Part shown: positions 52,372-64,000 of the stretch, piece by piece
Layout: every line of letters starts with the position of its first letter
How positions within the stretch are numbered: position 1 is the first letter of the stretch
NCBI RefSeq assembly: GCF_036321535.1
Contig: NC_087447.1
Coordinates: 5,952,001-6,016,000, forward strand
Reading direction: 5' to 3'
Origin: Camelus dromedarius
Lineage: Eukaryota
Length of the DNA: 64,000 bases
Notes under the pieces: generated by a model
What the model was told of the DNA's origin: nothing
Databases searched by the model: none
Seen by the model: the letters and a program-made list of their open reading frames with translations, nothing else
Translations under genes and position numbers: made by a program

Positions 52372-55300
52372 ATGGCTTATCACTCGGGCTACGGAGCCCA
52401 CGGTGCGTGAGGCGCGGGGCGGGCGGGGCGCGGACCGACCCTCTGAAGGAGGGTCGGCGGCGCGGCCCGCTCACCCTAAGGGAGAGGGGCGACCGTGAGC
52501 ACTGCCCAAGGCGGCAGATGTCTTTCGGGTTCCTGCCGGGTGAGACTCGGCAACACGCCCCGGACTTCGCCCTCTCGGCCCAAATGAGATCAGATCGGGC
52601 GGTGACAGCAGTGCTGGGATCCCCGTGCCCGACTTGGGCATGGATGGGGCCTGCCTCCCAAACTTCCTTCCCTGTCATGACCCTGGTGGGATTCTTGACC
52701 GCTGCCCAGGGCCTCCGAGTACCCAGCCGTCGCCTTTCCCACATCGTTCATGTGGGGATGCCCTCCCTTCTCTCTTCCACCTAGCAAACTTCTACTCAAG
52801 TCTCCAAGGCTCAGTTCAGAGATCATTTCCCTTGAGGAGGCCCCCAGGAACCCTCAGGCGAGCGATCACTTCCAGGAGCAGCTGCCTCAGCTCTTTCTTT
52901 GCCCACATTTATCACCACTCCAAAAGATCCCTCATTAAAGTTCTTCTGGGTTAGCTACCCAGCCCCCCCATCCAAGCTAGTTTCCCTCTCTGATTGCTTG
53001 GTGTTCCCAGGACCCATACAGGGCTGCCCAGCTTGGGGAAGGGATGGTGGCTTGGACTCATGCTTGATATTTCTGTCACCTACTCTGGTACCTACAAACC
53101 TATAGGCTCCAAGCACAGGGTCCGGGCAGCTCCGGATCCCCCTCCCCTCTTCGATGACACAAGCGGTGGTTACTCCAGCCAGCCAGGGGGATACCCAGCC
53201 CCAGGAGCCGAAGTGGCCTTCAATGTCAACCACTTGCTTGGGGACCCAGTGGCCAACGTGGCTATGGCCTATGGCAGCTCCATCGCATCCCATGGGAAGG
53301 ACATGGTGCACAAGGAGGTGTGGCCCACCCCCGGGGCAAGGGTGGCAGGATTTCTGGCCAGGGCTGGGGCATCACGGGATCCCACCTAATAATCACAGCA
53401 CCCCTCAGGGAAAGAGCACACAGAGGAGCACCTTGAGGTTTGGGGTGCAGCTTGCCCACAGCCTCTTCTCTCCCCTCACAGCTACACCGTTTTGTGTCTG
53501 TGAACAAACTGAAGTATTTTTTCGCTGTGGACACAGCCTATGTGGCCAAGAAGCTAGGGCTGCTGGTCTTCCCCTACACACACCAGGTGAGCCACCTACC
53601 AGGTGAGCTGGTGGGCCCCCTTGCCTCCCTCATCCTGCCCCACAGTCTGACCGCCAGATCTCAACCCCCTTCTTTCCTCTCTTCTGGTCTTTTCCTCCTA
53701 ACCTGGCTGCTGCTGCTACCACCAGAACTGGGAAGTGCAGTACAGTCGTGATGTGCCTCTGCCCCCGCGGCAAGACCTCAATGCCCCTGACCTCTATATT
53801 CCCAGTGAGTCTTTGACGTGGGTTGGGGGGTGTGGAGGGACATGTGCCTTGAGGCACCAGCGAGAAGAGAGAGTCTCACGTATTTATTCAGCATCTGCTC
53901 TTTGTGTTTTTGTGTGTGGCTTTGGTAGTGTCACTAGACACCAGGCAGACCAGGTAGACAGAGTAGGGTGATCAGTAAGCAGCTTCCTGGCTGTGCCTTC
54001 AGTGCCCTCAGGGTCCTCCCTTTTGAGACCTTCCTGCCATTTAGACTTAGACCTTGTCCTTCCCCAGCCTGGAGCCCTGGGTTTAGACCTGGCCTTTCAC
54101 CTTCAAGCTATGGGACCTCAGGTGGCTACTTTCATGCTTTTGAAAAACCAGAATAACAACAAGTCCTACCACAAAGGATTGTTGTGGAAACTCAGTAAGG
54201 TGATGTGTGCTCAGCACAGCACCTGGCACCCAGGAAGCCTGCAGTAAATATTAGCTATTACCATTGTTATGACTTGTCCCCCAAGGACTGCTCCAATGTC
54301 CCCTCCTCTGAGGAAGTGGTTACTCCCTTCTGGGTTCCCACAACTGCCTGTTCACATGGCCTGGGTCAGGCTGCCCACCCTGTGCGGTGGCTGGCAGACT
54401 CTGCATCTGACTCCTCTGAGTCCTGGGGCCTGCACAAGGCGTGGCCCATGGGGGACACGCTGGATTAGGAGTGAGTGTGCCCAGACCAGCCCTCAGAAGG
54501 GCTTCCAGGAGGGCAGCCAGTGGTAGTGAGGGCAGCCAGCCAGCCCACGTGCCCTGGGAGGAACACAAGTTCTTCTTCCTTCCATTCTGTGTCCCTGTCA
54601 TAGTCACCACATAAGGCAGGAACTGCCACCCCCAGCTTTGACATGTTGAAGCCAAAGCTCAGATTTGTGTATCTTTGAGGACACACACACACACACACAC
54701 CTTATAGTGGTAGAGCTGGTTTCCTGACTGCCCTCTTGTGGGCACGTCAGTTCTGGTGCTTTCAGGGAGCAGAGGACAGGACTGATGAGTTGAAATTGCT
54801 ATGAAAGCCCAGTTCCCATCTCAGGTTTTGTGAAAATAGCAGACATAAATGTGGAGCTCTGCATTGGCAGTGTGGCCAGAACTGTAGCCAGTGCCAATGG
54901 CCAGACTTAAAATTCCTGGCTGAGGTGAGGTCATCCCCATGGCCTGGACTCGGGGACAGCACGGGTTGTCTGCTGAGCCTGCATTTCAGTCCTGTAGTCT
55001 TGCCTGAGATCACTTTGGCCCCTACCTGTTGGTCTTGGATGAGCAATGACCTTGGCCTGTGATATAATTTCTGAGACACAAAAGGAAACTGGTGAGTTTC
55101 CTAGTACAGGGACAGGGAAGGAGGTGGTTTGGTGGTCCTGAGAGAAGGACCAGGTGGCATTTACACAGGAGGAGAGGGCTGAGCTGGGAGAGGCATCCCA
55201 GGCAGGGCTGAGTGTGGAGGTTGGGCATGTTGGGATCCACAGGGAAGGAAGTATAGGGGGGAAATTGGAGGTGTCAGTGGCTCTGAATACCTGGGGTTGG

Positions 55301-56548
55301 AGGCTCTGGTTGAGGAAACTAGGCTGATGGCATCTCTGGCTCTTGGCAGCAATGGCCTTCATCACCTACGTGCTGCTGGCTGGGATGGCACTGGGCATTC
55401 AGAAAAGGTCAGTGCCAGCCCCTTCCCCATTCCCACCACTTCCTCACTCCTGACTCCTCACCTCCCTAGGGGATCTGTGCCAGCTCCCAAGTCCACCCCA
55501 TGCCCCCAGCCTCACACCTGCCACAGGATGGCTGGTTTTAAACTCACCTCACCCCACCCCCACGTGGTCACAGGTTCTCCCCAGAGGTGCTGGGCCTGTG
55601 TGCAAGCACAGCGCTGGTGTGGGTCGTGTTGGAGGTACTAGCCCTGCTCCTGGGCATCTACCTGGCCACCGTGCGCAGTGACCTGAGCACCTTCCACCTG
55701 CTGGCCTACAGCGGCTACAAATATGTGGGGTGAGCACCTGTGGGCCAAGCGGGAGGCTGATCTGGGTGGGGGGGTGCCTGCCACCCTGGGTTGCCGGCCT
55801 GCATAGCTGTACCCTCAAATTGTGACTGTGGACACCCTCTGATCCCCTCTGGGCCTCCAGCTCTTCTCCAGTAGAGGGCCCGTCTGTTTTCAGCACACTC
55901 CCCAGGAACTGTGTAGTGCTGTGCAAGAGGTCAGGAATGTATTGAGAGTCACCCTGGGAGCACAGGGGAGAGGGGCCTTGAGCTGGGGTAGTGAAGGAGG
56001 TCTCAGATCCAGGTCCTTGGGCTGAGTCCTGCCCTTCCAGATTTATTTTGAGTCTATGTCCCTGTAGGGGCAGATTGGGAGTAAAGGGCCCTGGTGATGG
56101 TAGGTGGGGTCTAGGCTAGGCCCTAGGGCCTGACAGGTGGTGTCAGTCTCAGGCCTGGACCCTTGAGAGGTCTCCAACTTTCTCTTCCTCCCTCCCCCAC
56201 CCCACCCCCTGCAGGATGATCCTCAGTGTTCTGACTGGCCTGCTCTTTGGCAGTGATGGCTACTATGTGGCACTGGCCTGGACTTCGTCTGCGCTCATGT
56301 ACTTCATCGTGAGTCTGGGGTCGGCCCCTCTTCCCCTGGGGTTGGAGCTGGGGACAAGTCCCCCTGTCCTGAGCCAGCTTCAGCTCTCTCCTGTCTTCCA
56401 GGTTCGCTCTTTCCGAACAGCAGCCCTGGGCCCTGACAGCATGGGTGGCCCGGCTCCCCGGCAACGTCTCCAGCTCTACCTGACTCTGGGAGCTGCAGCC
56501 TTCCAGCCCCTCATCATATACTGGTTGACCTTCCACCTGATCCGGTGA
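52372..56548 (+). CDS. YIF1A: Yip1-interacting factor homolog A, 293 aa. Coding exons 52372-52402, 53106-53317, 53482-53586, 53726-53804, 55350-55407, 55574-55729, 56215-56308, 56402-56548
   Basis: [88 protein letters not shown]. Eight GT-AG exons in phase, 882 nt. Confidence 0.96.
54040..54270 (+). mobile_element. MIR in YIF1A intron 4
   Basis: ggagccctgggtttagacctggcc..caagctatgggacctcagg..acaaaggattgttgtggaaactcagtaaggtgatgtgtg..agcacctggcac. Confidence 0.6.
54681..54700. repeat. (AC)10 microsatellite
   Basis: acacacacacacacacacac. Confidence 0.9.
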
Positions 56549-56995
56549 CCCCGGGTCCCCACCGGCACTGATTTTTCCATACATTGAAGATTTGATTTCC
56601 TTGATTTCATTTGACCCTTGTTTCTGGGGCTTGAGAGGGGAATTGCTACCACCTCTGGACTTTTGCATTGCTCAGGGGACCAGACTTGGGCTTTCTCAGA
56701 GCAGCGGGACCCAGGGAGGGCTTTCTGGCTGAACTTGATACTGCCTTGGAAGGCAGATGGAAGTATTTCAGCAGAAATAGCTGTTTACCTGTGCCAGGAA
56801 AGTGAGGATGGAAAGGGGCAGCTGCTAAGGAGACCCCGAAGGCCTTTGATTCATCTGAGGGGGTCTGTGGACTAGTGGGATGAGCCTAGCTGTGCAGAGG
56901 ATTTAGCCCAGGGCTGCTCCCTATACCGTTCCTTTGCCCCCATCTCCTCTTTAAGCCTTTCAGGAGTAGAACCGGGGCCCACATGTTTGCAGGAG

Positions 56996-57001
56996 TTTAT
57001 T
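56996..57001 (-). terminator. Polyadenylation signal of CNIH2
   Basis: AATAAA on the minus strand ~590 nt after the CNIH2 stop. Confidence 0.75.
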
Positions 57002-57591
57002 CATATTTTGTCACAAATGGCCGGGGAAGGGGTGCCGGACTCCTCCAGGCAACATAGAAAACAGGTCCAAGAGAGACAGGGTAGGCTGGGGTTGGGGCAA
57101 GTGGGGATAGGGACGGGTATGGAGAGATCCTGGGGGAGGGGAGAGGGCAGACTAGGGGTGGGGCTGCCCCCCTGCTGAGCCTGCTCATTCCCGGTGTGGG
57201 TACCCCCCCACCTGCAGGGGGAGCCTCAGGGTGGGGGTGGAGGGGAGCGGCCCAGAACTTACAGGGTCAAGCCCTACCCCTTGGCAGGGCCTAAGTTCCC
57301 CCTGAAGTGGACAAGGCTGGAGGACCCGCCCCTTCCAGGACTGACTGCCATGCCCACAGGCTGGCAGAGGAGCTCCTGCCCCTATTGAGAGCTCTGCCCA
57401 GCTCTAGTCCAAGGGAGGGGGGCTCTGAAGGCGGGAAGTCCCCGCAGCAGCAGTTTGGGGAGTGAAGAGGAGGCTGGGGGCACCAGTGCCCCCTCCCTCC
57501 CCAGGGCTGAGGCCTCTGCGGCCCAGGGGAAGGGCTGGGGGTGCACAGGCGTCCGGTCCATTCTGGGCTTGCTCCCTGGCCGGCTTCCCCC

Positions 57592-60500
57592 TTAGAAACT
57601 CACCAACGTATAAACCATACTGTGGGAAGATGAGGCAGTGAGCCAAGTAATGAGTAGACCCAACTATTCGCCACCCACCCTGTCATGCCCTAGGTTGCCC
57701 TCAGTCTTCAAGGGCAAAGGGCAGGAACTTGGAGCCCAGCCACTCCTGGGATTGGAGGGATGGTGCCTGGAGCATCCCTTCCCGGATTTCTGACTGCCAT
57801 GGGCAGGGTCTCACCTGTACAGGTAATAGAAGAAGGAGAGCAGGTAGAAGGCGAGTTTGCACCAGGACTCCTTCTGGCAGTAGTTGAGGATGTCGGCATT
57901 CATGATGGAGACCGCGTCATACATGACCTCAGAGCCATCCGCAGGGCGGTGGAAGTACCTGGGGTGAGGGAGGGGCCTGAATGCCCACCCTCAAGGCTCA
58001 CACCCCTGTCCTGCCTCCAGCCCCCCATCTCACCCTCTGTTGCCANNNNNNNNNNNNNNNNNNNNNNNNNNNNNNNNNNNNNNNNNNNNNNNNNNNNNNN
58101 NNNNNNNNNNNNNNNNNNNNNNNNNNNNNNNNNNNNNNNNNNNNNNNNNNNNNNNNNNNNNNNNNNNNNNNNNNNNNNNNNNNNNGTGAGAAGTCAGCGG
58201 CCAGGGGCTTGGACAGACCCAAGCTTTAAGGGCACATGGGAGGTGCCCACCCCCATGACTTCTGTGAAGTAAAGGGCCTCTAGCCTCCCACTCCCTCCCA
58301 CATGGAGAAACGAATCAAACGGGCCCCAGAGGAGGAAGGCCCGGCTCTGGGTGCCTGAGAGTGAGGCCGACCTGGACTAGGAGCCTCCTGCCCCAAGCCC
58401 TGACACTGACCTTCCTCAGGAGGCAGCAGATGCGTTCGATGTTTTTTAAACGCTCGCGCTGTAGGGGGGAGGAAAAGACCGCAATGGAAGAGGCAGAGGA
58501 GCGGACATTGGGGGCGCCCCCCCCAACTCTCCTGCGCCCCCCCCACCGCCCTGCACGTGGCCGCCAGGGGGCGCCAGAGCAGATTCTGCAGCTTGTCGGC
58601 GCGGTAGGGAAGCAGCCGCGCCGTCCCCATGGCGACAGTCACCATGGAGGGATCTTCACCCGCGTCTCCACGGCAACGGCCCAGAGCCTGGCAACGGCCG
58701 CCCCGCCAGTAGGAACCCAAGTCCTGAGGCCGCACCAGGTGTTTGCTGGGGGCGGGGACACACAGAGGAAGGGGCACAGCCGCTGTCCCCCCACCCGTCT
58801 TCCTGTCCCCCACCACCCTTCGCCCACGACAGATGGAAAGACAGACAGACGGACACACCTCAGCACAGCACATGTATCACTTACTGCCCGCGCTGGGTTC
58901 CCCTGGTCGATGGGGTTCTTGAAGTCGGTCCGCAGCTCGTCAAAGGCTATAATCTGGGGAAGGGGTGTGTGCTTGTCAGGGTTGGGGCAGCAGCTTATGA
59001 CCCCTCCCCATTCCTCTGTGACATAGGGTTTCACATATGGGGATCAGATCAGATGGAGCTTGCTGCGAAGGTGGAGAAACTGAGGCCCAGGGAGGGGAGG
59101 GGCCTGGCCCAAGGTCACACAACAGTCTGGAATGTAACCCTAGTGTGCTGATGTCCATTTCAGGACATGCCCACTACACCTCCATCCAAAACATCCCAAG
59201 AGATGGTGTCTTCTCTGCTGGGCCCGGTACTGAGCACTGGGGCTCCAGAAGCCTGGGACACAGCCCCTGCCTGAGAGGAACCCCAGGCTTGGGATGAGAA
59301 CGGTGAACTACACTCTGGGGTGATCAGCGCTGTGGAGTACAAGAAGAACCTGGGATGGGTGCCTGATCCAGCCTGGGGCTCGATGGGAAGTTCAGGCTGG
59401 ACTCTGGTGTTTGGTGAACAAATGGGGGAAGGGCAGTCTGAGCAGCAGGAACAGCAGGTACAAAGGCAGAAGGTTGAAAGAACAAGGAACATTCAGGAAG
59501 CTGCTGGTTCCACAGGGCAAGAGTGAAAGTGTGAGGCATGTGAGAAGAGAGAAGAGAATGGTGAAAGACAGGCTGGAGAGGTCAGTGGAGTCAGACGGGG
59601 GTGCCTTGTGAGGCTAGAACAGATGTTCAGACTTTTAACACAAAAGTAAAAGGGAGCCATTGAGGGATATAAAGTGGCCGAGTGGAGCGGGCAGTTTGAT
59701 GAATTAGGGTTGACCGAGCAGGGCGTAGAAACTAACAGTCCCAGCCAAGACATACAAGATGCTTCCTCTATGCCAGCAGGCTTTATTAACTCACTTAATG
59801 CTCGCAACAACCTGATGACGTAGGTATTGGTGTTACTGTTTTCGTTTCGCAGATGAGGAAACAGATTAAGTGACTTGTCCAAGGCCAAATATCTAGTTAG
59901 TGGCAAGCCAGGATTCAAACCCAGTTAGACTCCAGAGTTAAAAAATTTAACCACTTTACTATACTCAGGCCAGATCAGTGCAGGCCCCTGCCTGAAGGCT
60001 CTAGAGAATAAGCCATGGGCTAAACTGATAAACAAGCTGTGCCTTTAGGCGGGGGCCTACAATCAGTCAGGGGACTGTTGGACTGTTGTGGTGGGGGCGG
60101 GGGGAGGAGGCGTGGTGATCTGAGTGAGGAGAGTGGCATTGGGGATGGAGAGGTGTGGATGGATTCCAGAGCTATTTAGAAGCCAGACTCGAGAGAGCTT
60201 GAAAGGCAGTGATGTGGATGGAGGCAGAGGTGACTTTGAGTGTTGGGGCATTTGGTGGACGGCAGTGTCCTCAGTGGGACAGAGAACTCTAAGGTAGGAC
60301 AGGAGAGGATGGGATGGACCTAGGGGGAGCTGACAAGGGAGGAAGGTTGGCAGATGAGACTTCTGGGGTCCCCTCCCCTCAGCACCAGTGCTAGGATGAG
60401 GCAGCGGGCCCACCACCCCCAAGCATCCCAGGCTCAAAGGGAGAGAACGTGGGCTTCCTGGAGGGAGCTGGGGCCATCTGCAGCAGCACCCCCCTACACT

Positions 60501-62910
60501 CCCCATTGACTCTGGGCAGCTGCCTGCCTGCCAGGCACAGCAACAGGGTCCAGCAGGGAGCGGAAGGGTGCCGTCTGTCTGCCCCAGAGCTGGCATCACC
60601 AGCAGGCGGCGGGTGTCGTGCCTCCCACCCCCCAGGCTGCCTGGCGCTGACTCAGCCCCATGGAACAAACAATCCCCCACGGTGACAGCTGACACACGTC
60701 ACTCACCACCAGGGTTGCCTAGCGACCAGGGCCCCAGCTCAGGGTCTGTGGTGGGATCTAGGGTCTTGCCTGTGAAGGTTCTAGTTCTTACCAATTTGCA
60801 TTGAGGACCACACCGCCTCTCCTCACCTGCACACCCCTTGGCAAGCCTTGCTCAAGGCACTCTGATGTATATACAAGTCTACTTTACCAGTAAGGAAACA
60901 AACTCAGGACAATAGACTTACTACAATTGTCCAGCTAAACAGCTGAGTGAACACAGTGCCTGACATACAGTAGGTGCTCAATAAATTTTTTTTGAGAAAG
61001 CTTGGGCACTTTCTCCCAGGCTGGGAGCCCCACAAGGGCAAAGCCTGAGTCTTATCCATCCTTGATTCCCCCAAACCCATCCAGAGCCTGGTTCTCGGGA
61101 GCACTGATACAGGTGTGTTGGATGGAGAACTGCTCTGAGGATCCTCTGAGGACAAGGAAACCCCCACTAGAGACTGTTGGAGGCCTCTGAGTAGGAAGGG
61201 GCCCAGAAAGGGACTTCTTGAATTCCAGGAGGCTTTCTCCCAGGAGCTAGTTAGCTTTGTGTTCCCAGCCCGTGACCCTAAATTCCTTCCAGCTCTCAGG
61301 ACTCCAGCCCTCATGCCACCACCCCACAGGATTGTCCAAGGACATGGGATAAGCTAGGAGGCTCAGGGAGATCCAGATGGACCCAGGGGAGATGAAAAGT
61401 GGGAAAGAGAAACAGAAGGGAGGAGAGAAAAGAAAAGGCAACTGAGAGAGAGCAAGAGAGAGAGAGAGAGGCAAAGCCAGGGAGAGAGAGAGCTGGAGAT
61501 GGGGTGTATGTGCTTGAAGGTACCTGTGGGGCTCACTCCTCACACAGGAGGTGTGCAGTCAGAGTCCAGGGAATCCTGATATAAAAGAAACAGGCAGTGG
61601 AAGGACATCAGGGGATGACAAAGGGAGAGACTGGTCAAGAGCCAGGGAGGACCACAGGGCAGGCAGGCAGTTGGTCCCAGGAAGAGTGAGAAAGTGGGGA
61701 GACCAAGAAAGAAGCAGGTAAGGCAATGGAGAGAAAGAAAGAAGTAAGAGGGTATGAAGAGAGCAGGATGATCAGGAAGGTGTGTGCTGGATGTACAAGC
61801 AGAGGATGCTGAGCTGAGTGGACCAGGACCAAGATGAACAGGCCACGTGGAGGGGATCGGGGTGGTGGCTGAAACCCCAACATAGAAGAAATGTCAGTAA
61901 AGGGGAGCCAAAGGCCCCAAACAATGAGCTGGAGGCTGATTGATAGTTTCGTAGTGAACAGAAGAGAGGCAGGCAGGGGGACCACTGAGGAGAGGGCCCC
62001 AGAGAATGGGAAAGAGGGACCTTCTCTAAGGGCAGGCAATCAGGATAAGGGATAAATGGATATTTTGAAGAACCAGGTGTGAGGCAAGGCCAGAGTGAGG
62101 AAACAGAAGACAAAGGGGAAAGTGGGGGCAGGAAGAGGAGGGAAGCTGGTGGGGAGGAAACCTAGTGGGGGGAAGCCCTGACAGGAGGGGGCAGGGAAAC
62201 CCAAGGTGAACTGGTGGTAGGCTGCTTACAGCCAGTCGCTGATGGGTCGGAGCGGGGGCTTGGGGGTGGGGGTTAATGGGCTCTACGATCCGTAGGTCCT
62301 GTAAACAGATGCAGTTGCCAAAGCAACCGGCTCCATCACTCCGGCTGGAAAAACCCACGGGGGGGGGGGGTGGCGAGCAGACAAACTGCCCGACAGACAA
62401 ACGGGGGCGATTGGATTTGGGGGGAGTAGCAAGAGGGAAAGAGCAAGGATCCCAGAATTCCTCCCCACACCCCAAGGCTTCATGGGGCAGGGGAAGGGGG
62501 TCAGGGACCGACTGACATACCCACAGACAGGCGGGGGCGGTGGAGGAAGGGGGGCCCCCGGGAAGGAAGCCGATGATGGGGGCTGTTGATGGGGCGAACA
62601 GAAGGCGACCGATGGGGGATAGCAGAGAGGAGGCTCTTAAGTTTCTCCCGGCCCTGAGACCATCCGTCCGGCCCCCTCCCGCTCTGTGCAACCCCTGCCC
62701 NNNNNNNNNNNNNNNNNNNNNNNNNNNNNNNNNNNNNNNNNNNNNNNNNNNNNNNNNNNNNNNNNNNNNNNNNNNNNNNNNNNNNNNNNNNNNNNNNNNN
62801 NNNNNNNNNNNNNNNNNNNNNNNNNNNNNNNNNNNNNNNNNNNNNNNNNNNNNNNNNNNNNNNNNNNNNNNNNNNNNNNNNNNNNNNNNNNNNNNNNNNN
62901 NNNNNNNNNN
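57592..62910 (-). CDS. CNIH2: Cornichon family AMPA receptor auxiliary protein 2. Sequenced coding exons: 58953-58885, 58458-58411, 57958-57815, 57619-57592. Exon 1 and exon 4 are inferred inside gaps 62701-62910 and 58046-58185, so the upper coordinate is only a bound.
   Basis: [23 protein letters not shown] | [16 protein letters not shown] | [gap] | [48 protein letters not shown] | MVYTLVSF*. Boundaries are GT-AG, and the gaps are large enough for the missing 81-nt and 113-nt exons of a 160-aa protein. Confidence 0.93.
58046..58185. other. Assembly gap (140 N) covering CNIH2 exon 4
   Basis: Run of N. On the minus strand a branch-point-like CTGAC and pyrimidines lead into the gap. Confidence 0.95.
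58561..58574 (+). promoter_or_regulatory. CTCF motif (forward) in the CpG-rich CNIH2 intron 2
   Basis: CCGCCAGGGGGCGC (context TGGCCGCCAGGGGGCGCCA), full consensus. Confidence 0.75.
58623..58695. promoter_or_regulatory. RFX X-box cluster in CNIH2 intron 2
   Basis: GTCCCCATGGCGAC 58623-58636; GTCTCCACGGCAAC 58664-58677; half-site CCTGGCAAC 58687-58695. Confidence 0.55.
59750..59960 (-). mobile_element. MIR in CNIH2 intron 1
   Basis: ttaatgctcgcaacaacctgatgacgtaggtatt..gcagatgaggaaacagattaagtgacttgtccaaggcca..ccaggattcaaacccag. Confidence 0.8.
62701..62910. other. Assembly gap (210 N) covering the CNIH2 start codon and coding exon 1
   Basis: Run of N inside the CpG island. Confidence 0.95.
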
Positions 62911-63620
62911 GCCGTGCATGGCCCGCAGCGCTCGGGCGCGGGCTCGGGAGACGCGGGCGGCGCGGCCGGGATCGGGGCCGCGGGGCCGTGGGGCGCGGGC
63001 CGGTGGGCTCGGGGGGCGCGACCGCTGCCGGCTGCCCGGGCCCCGATCGCTCATCCTGCGATCCCTCGCCCGCGGCTCGCTCTCTCCAGCCCGCGAAGCC
63101 CGCGGGGCGGAGCCGGGGGCGGGGCCGCCGTGCGAGCGGCCTCGGGCGGGGCTGGGTCTCTGTGCGCCCCTCCGCCTGCCGGTCCGGGTGCCACCCCCGC
63201 CCCAACCTCAGGGACACGTAAGCATGGACGCATATTCCTGGCATTACCCCCCCCCCACCCCCGGCCCCTCACCCTCCCACCGCATAACACAACGCACCCA
63301 TCACAGTCACACTCGGTCTACTAAGACGGGCACACACCCCTGCCCTTATACACTGGCTATGGAGGTTGGACCGAGGTCCCACGGGTAAAGCACTTGTCAC
63401 CACCCAAGGGGGTACAGACACCTGGCTTGAACCCTGAATGAGACCGGGAGAGGTGGCTAAGCCAGGGGGCTGACAGGGATGCGGGCCAGGCACCATGGAC
63501 ACATTTGCAGCCCCGCGGCGCCTCTAGCTGCAGCCCAACTCCACGTCCTGGGTCTGTGCCGGTGTGGGTGTTTGCCGGGCTCACCAGGTACTAGCTGATG
63601 GCGGCCTGCCCTCCTCCCTG
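62911..63620 (-). promoter_or_regulatory. CpG-island 5'UTR and promoter of CNIH2
   Basis: Extremely GC/CpG-rich with GC boxes (ggggcggggc near 63117). Confidence 0.7.
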
Positions 63621-64000
63621 CCGGAACCGTGCTGGGCCCGTGGGGACAAACCACAGAAGCACAAGCAGGCACCTCTCCTGGCTTCAGGAAATGGGTCAAG
63701 GATTTCCAACAGCAACCTTAGGACACAGCCCAAGCCAGGACCCCTGTGTAGCCCACCCAATCCAAGGCTCCAGCCCTCCACCCCTCTCAAGGCGGCTCCC
63801 ACCACAGACCACACTCAACCACCACAACTTCCTTGCAAAAACCCTCGGCTCACCCGAGGGCCAGTGGAAATTTATTTATTTTTTTGTCCTTTCCATCTCT
63901 CCCCAAGTGGCTTTTCCTTGCAAAATGCCTGACACAACACCAGAGGGGATCCTGGGGTTGGGGGGGCACCCCAAGGGGCAGCCCAGGGACTTAAATACAA

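Noticed and set aside
58361-59026. 221-aa ORF antisense to CNIH2 exons 2-3
   Set aside because: GC-rich, non-ATG start, explained by CpG-island composition and antisense coding constraint.
59674-59685. Perfect Pol III A box GTGGCCGAGTGG, the same as in the tRNA-Ser
   Set aside because: No cloverleaf, and the nearest B-box-like motif is ~225 bp away and belongs to a MIR.
62026-63388. Several 200-340-aa ORFs spanning the N-gap
   Set aside because: Artefacts of translating through N runs in a very GC-rich promoter.

Overview
Mammalian, GC-rich, gene-dense region with the gene order of human 11q13.2. Two tRNA-derived SINEs of the camelid Vic-1 type, and the absence of Alu or Bov-type elements, point to a camelid (alpaca or camel). 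Order: L1 relic, tRNA-Ser(GCT) (-), B4GAT1 (+, 415 aa), BRMS1 (+, 246 aa), RIN1 (+, 786 aa), CD248 (+, 773 aa), a ~14 kb repeat-rich interval, TMEM151A (-), YIF1A (+, 293 aa) and CNIH2 (-). All sequenced exons were assembled by hand with GT-AG boundaries and consistent phases. Three N-gaps fall on coding sequence of TMEM151A and CNIH2. No prokaryotic features or CRISPR arrays are present. The best leads are: two unannotated spliced-transcript models between CD248 and TMEM151A (one driven by 12 co-oriented GC boxes plus a TATA box); an 8-bp-spacer REST/NRSE site between TMEM151A and YIF1A; repeated RFX X-boxes at BRMS1, RIN1 and CNIH2; 12 E-boxes in 270 bp upstream of CD248; convergent CTCF motifs bracketing CD248; a 16-bp CCAAT-CRE-ATTGG palindrome in TMEM151A; a cryptic 48-bp repeat in the CD248 stalk; and a ~135-nt retroposed mRNA 3' end with target-site duplication. 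Gene identities and human comparisons rest on recalled sequences, and repeat boundaries are approximate. No searches were run, and all motif functions are hypotheses.
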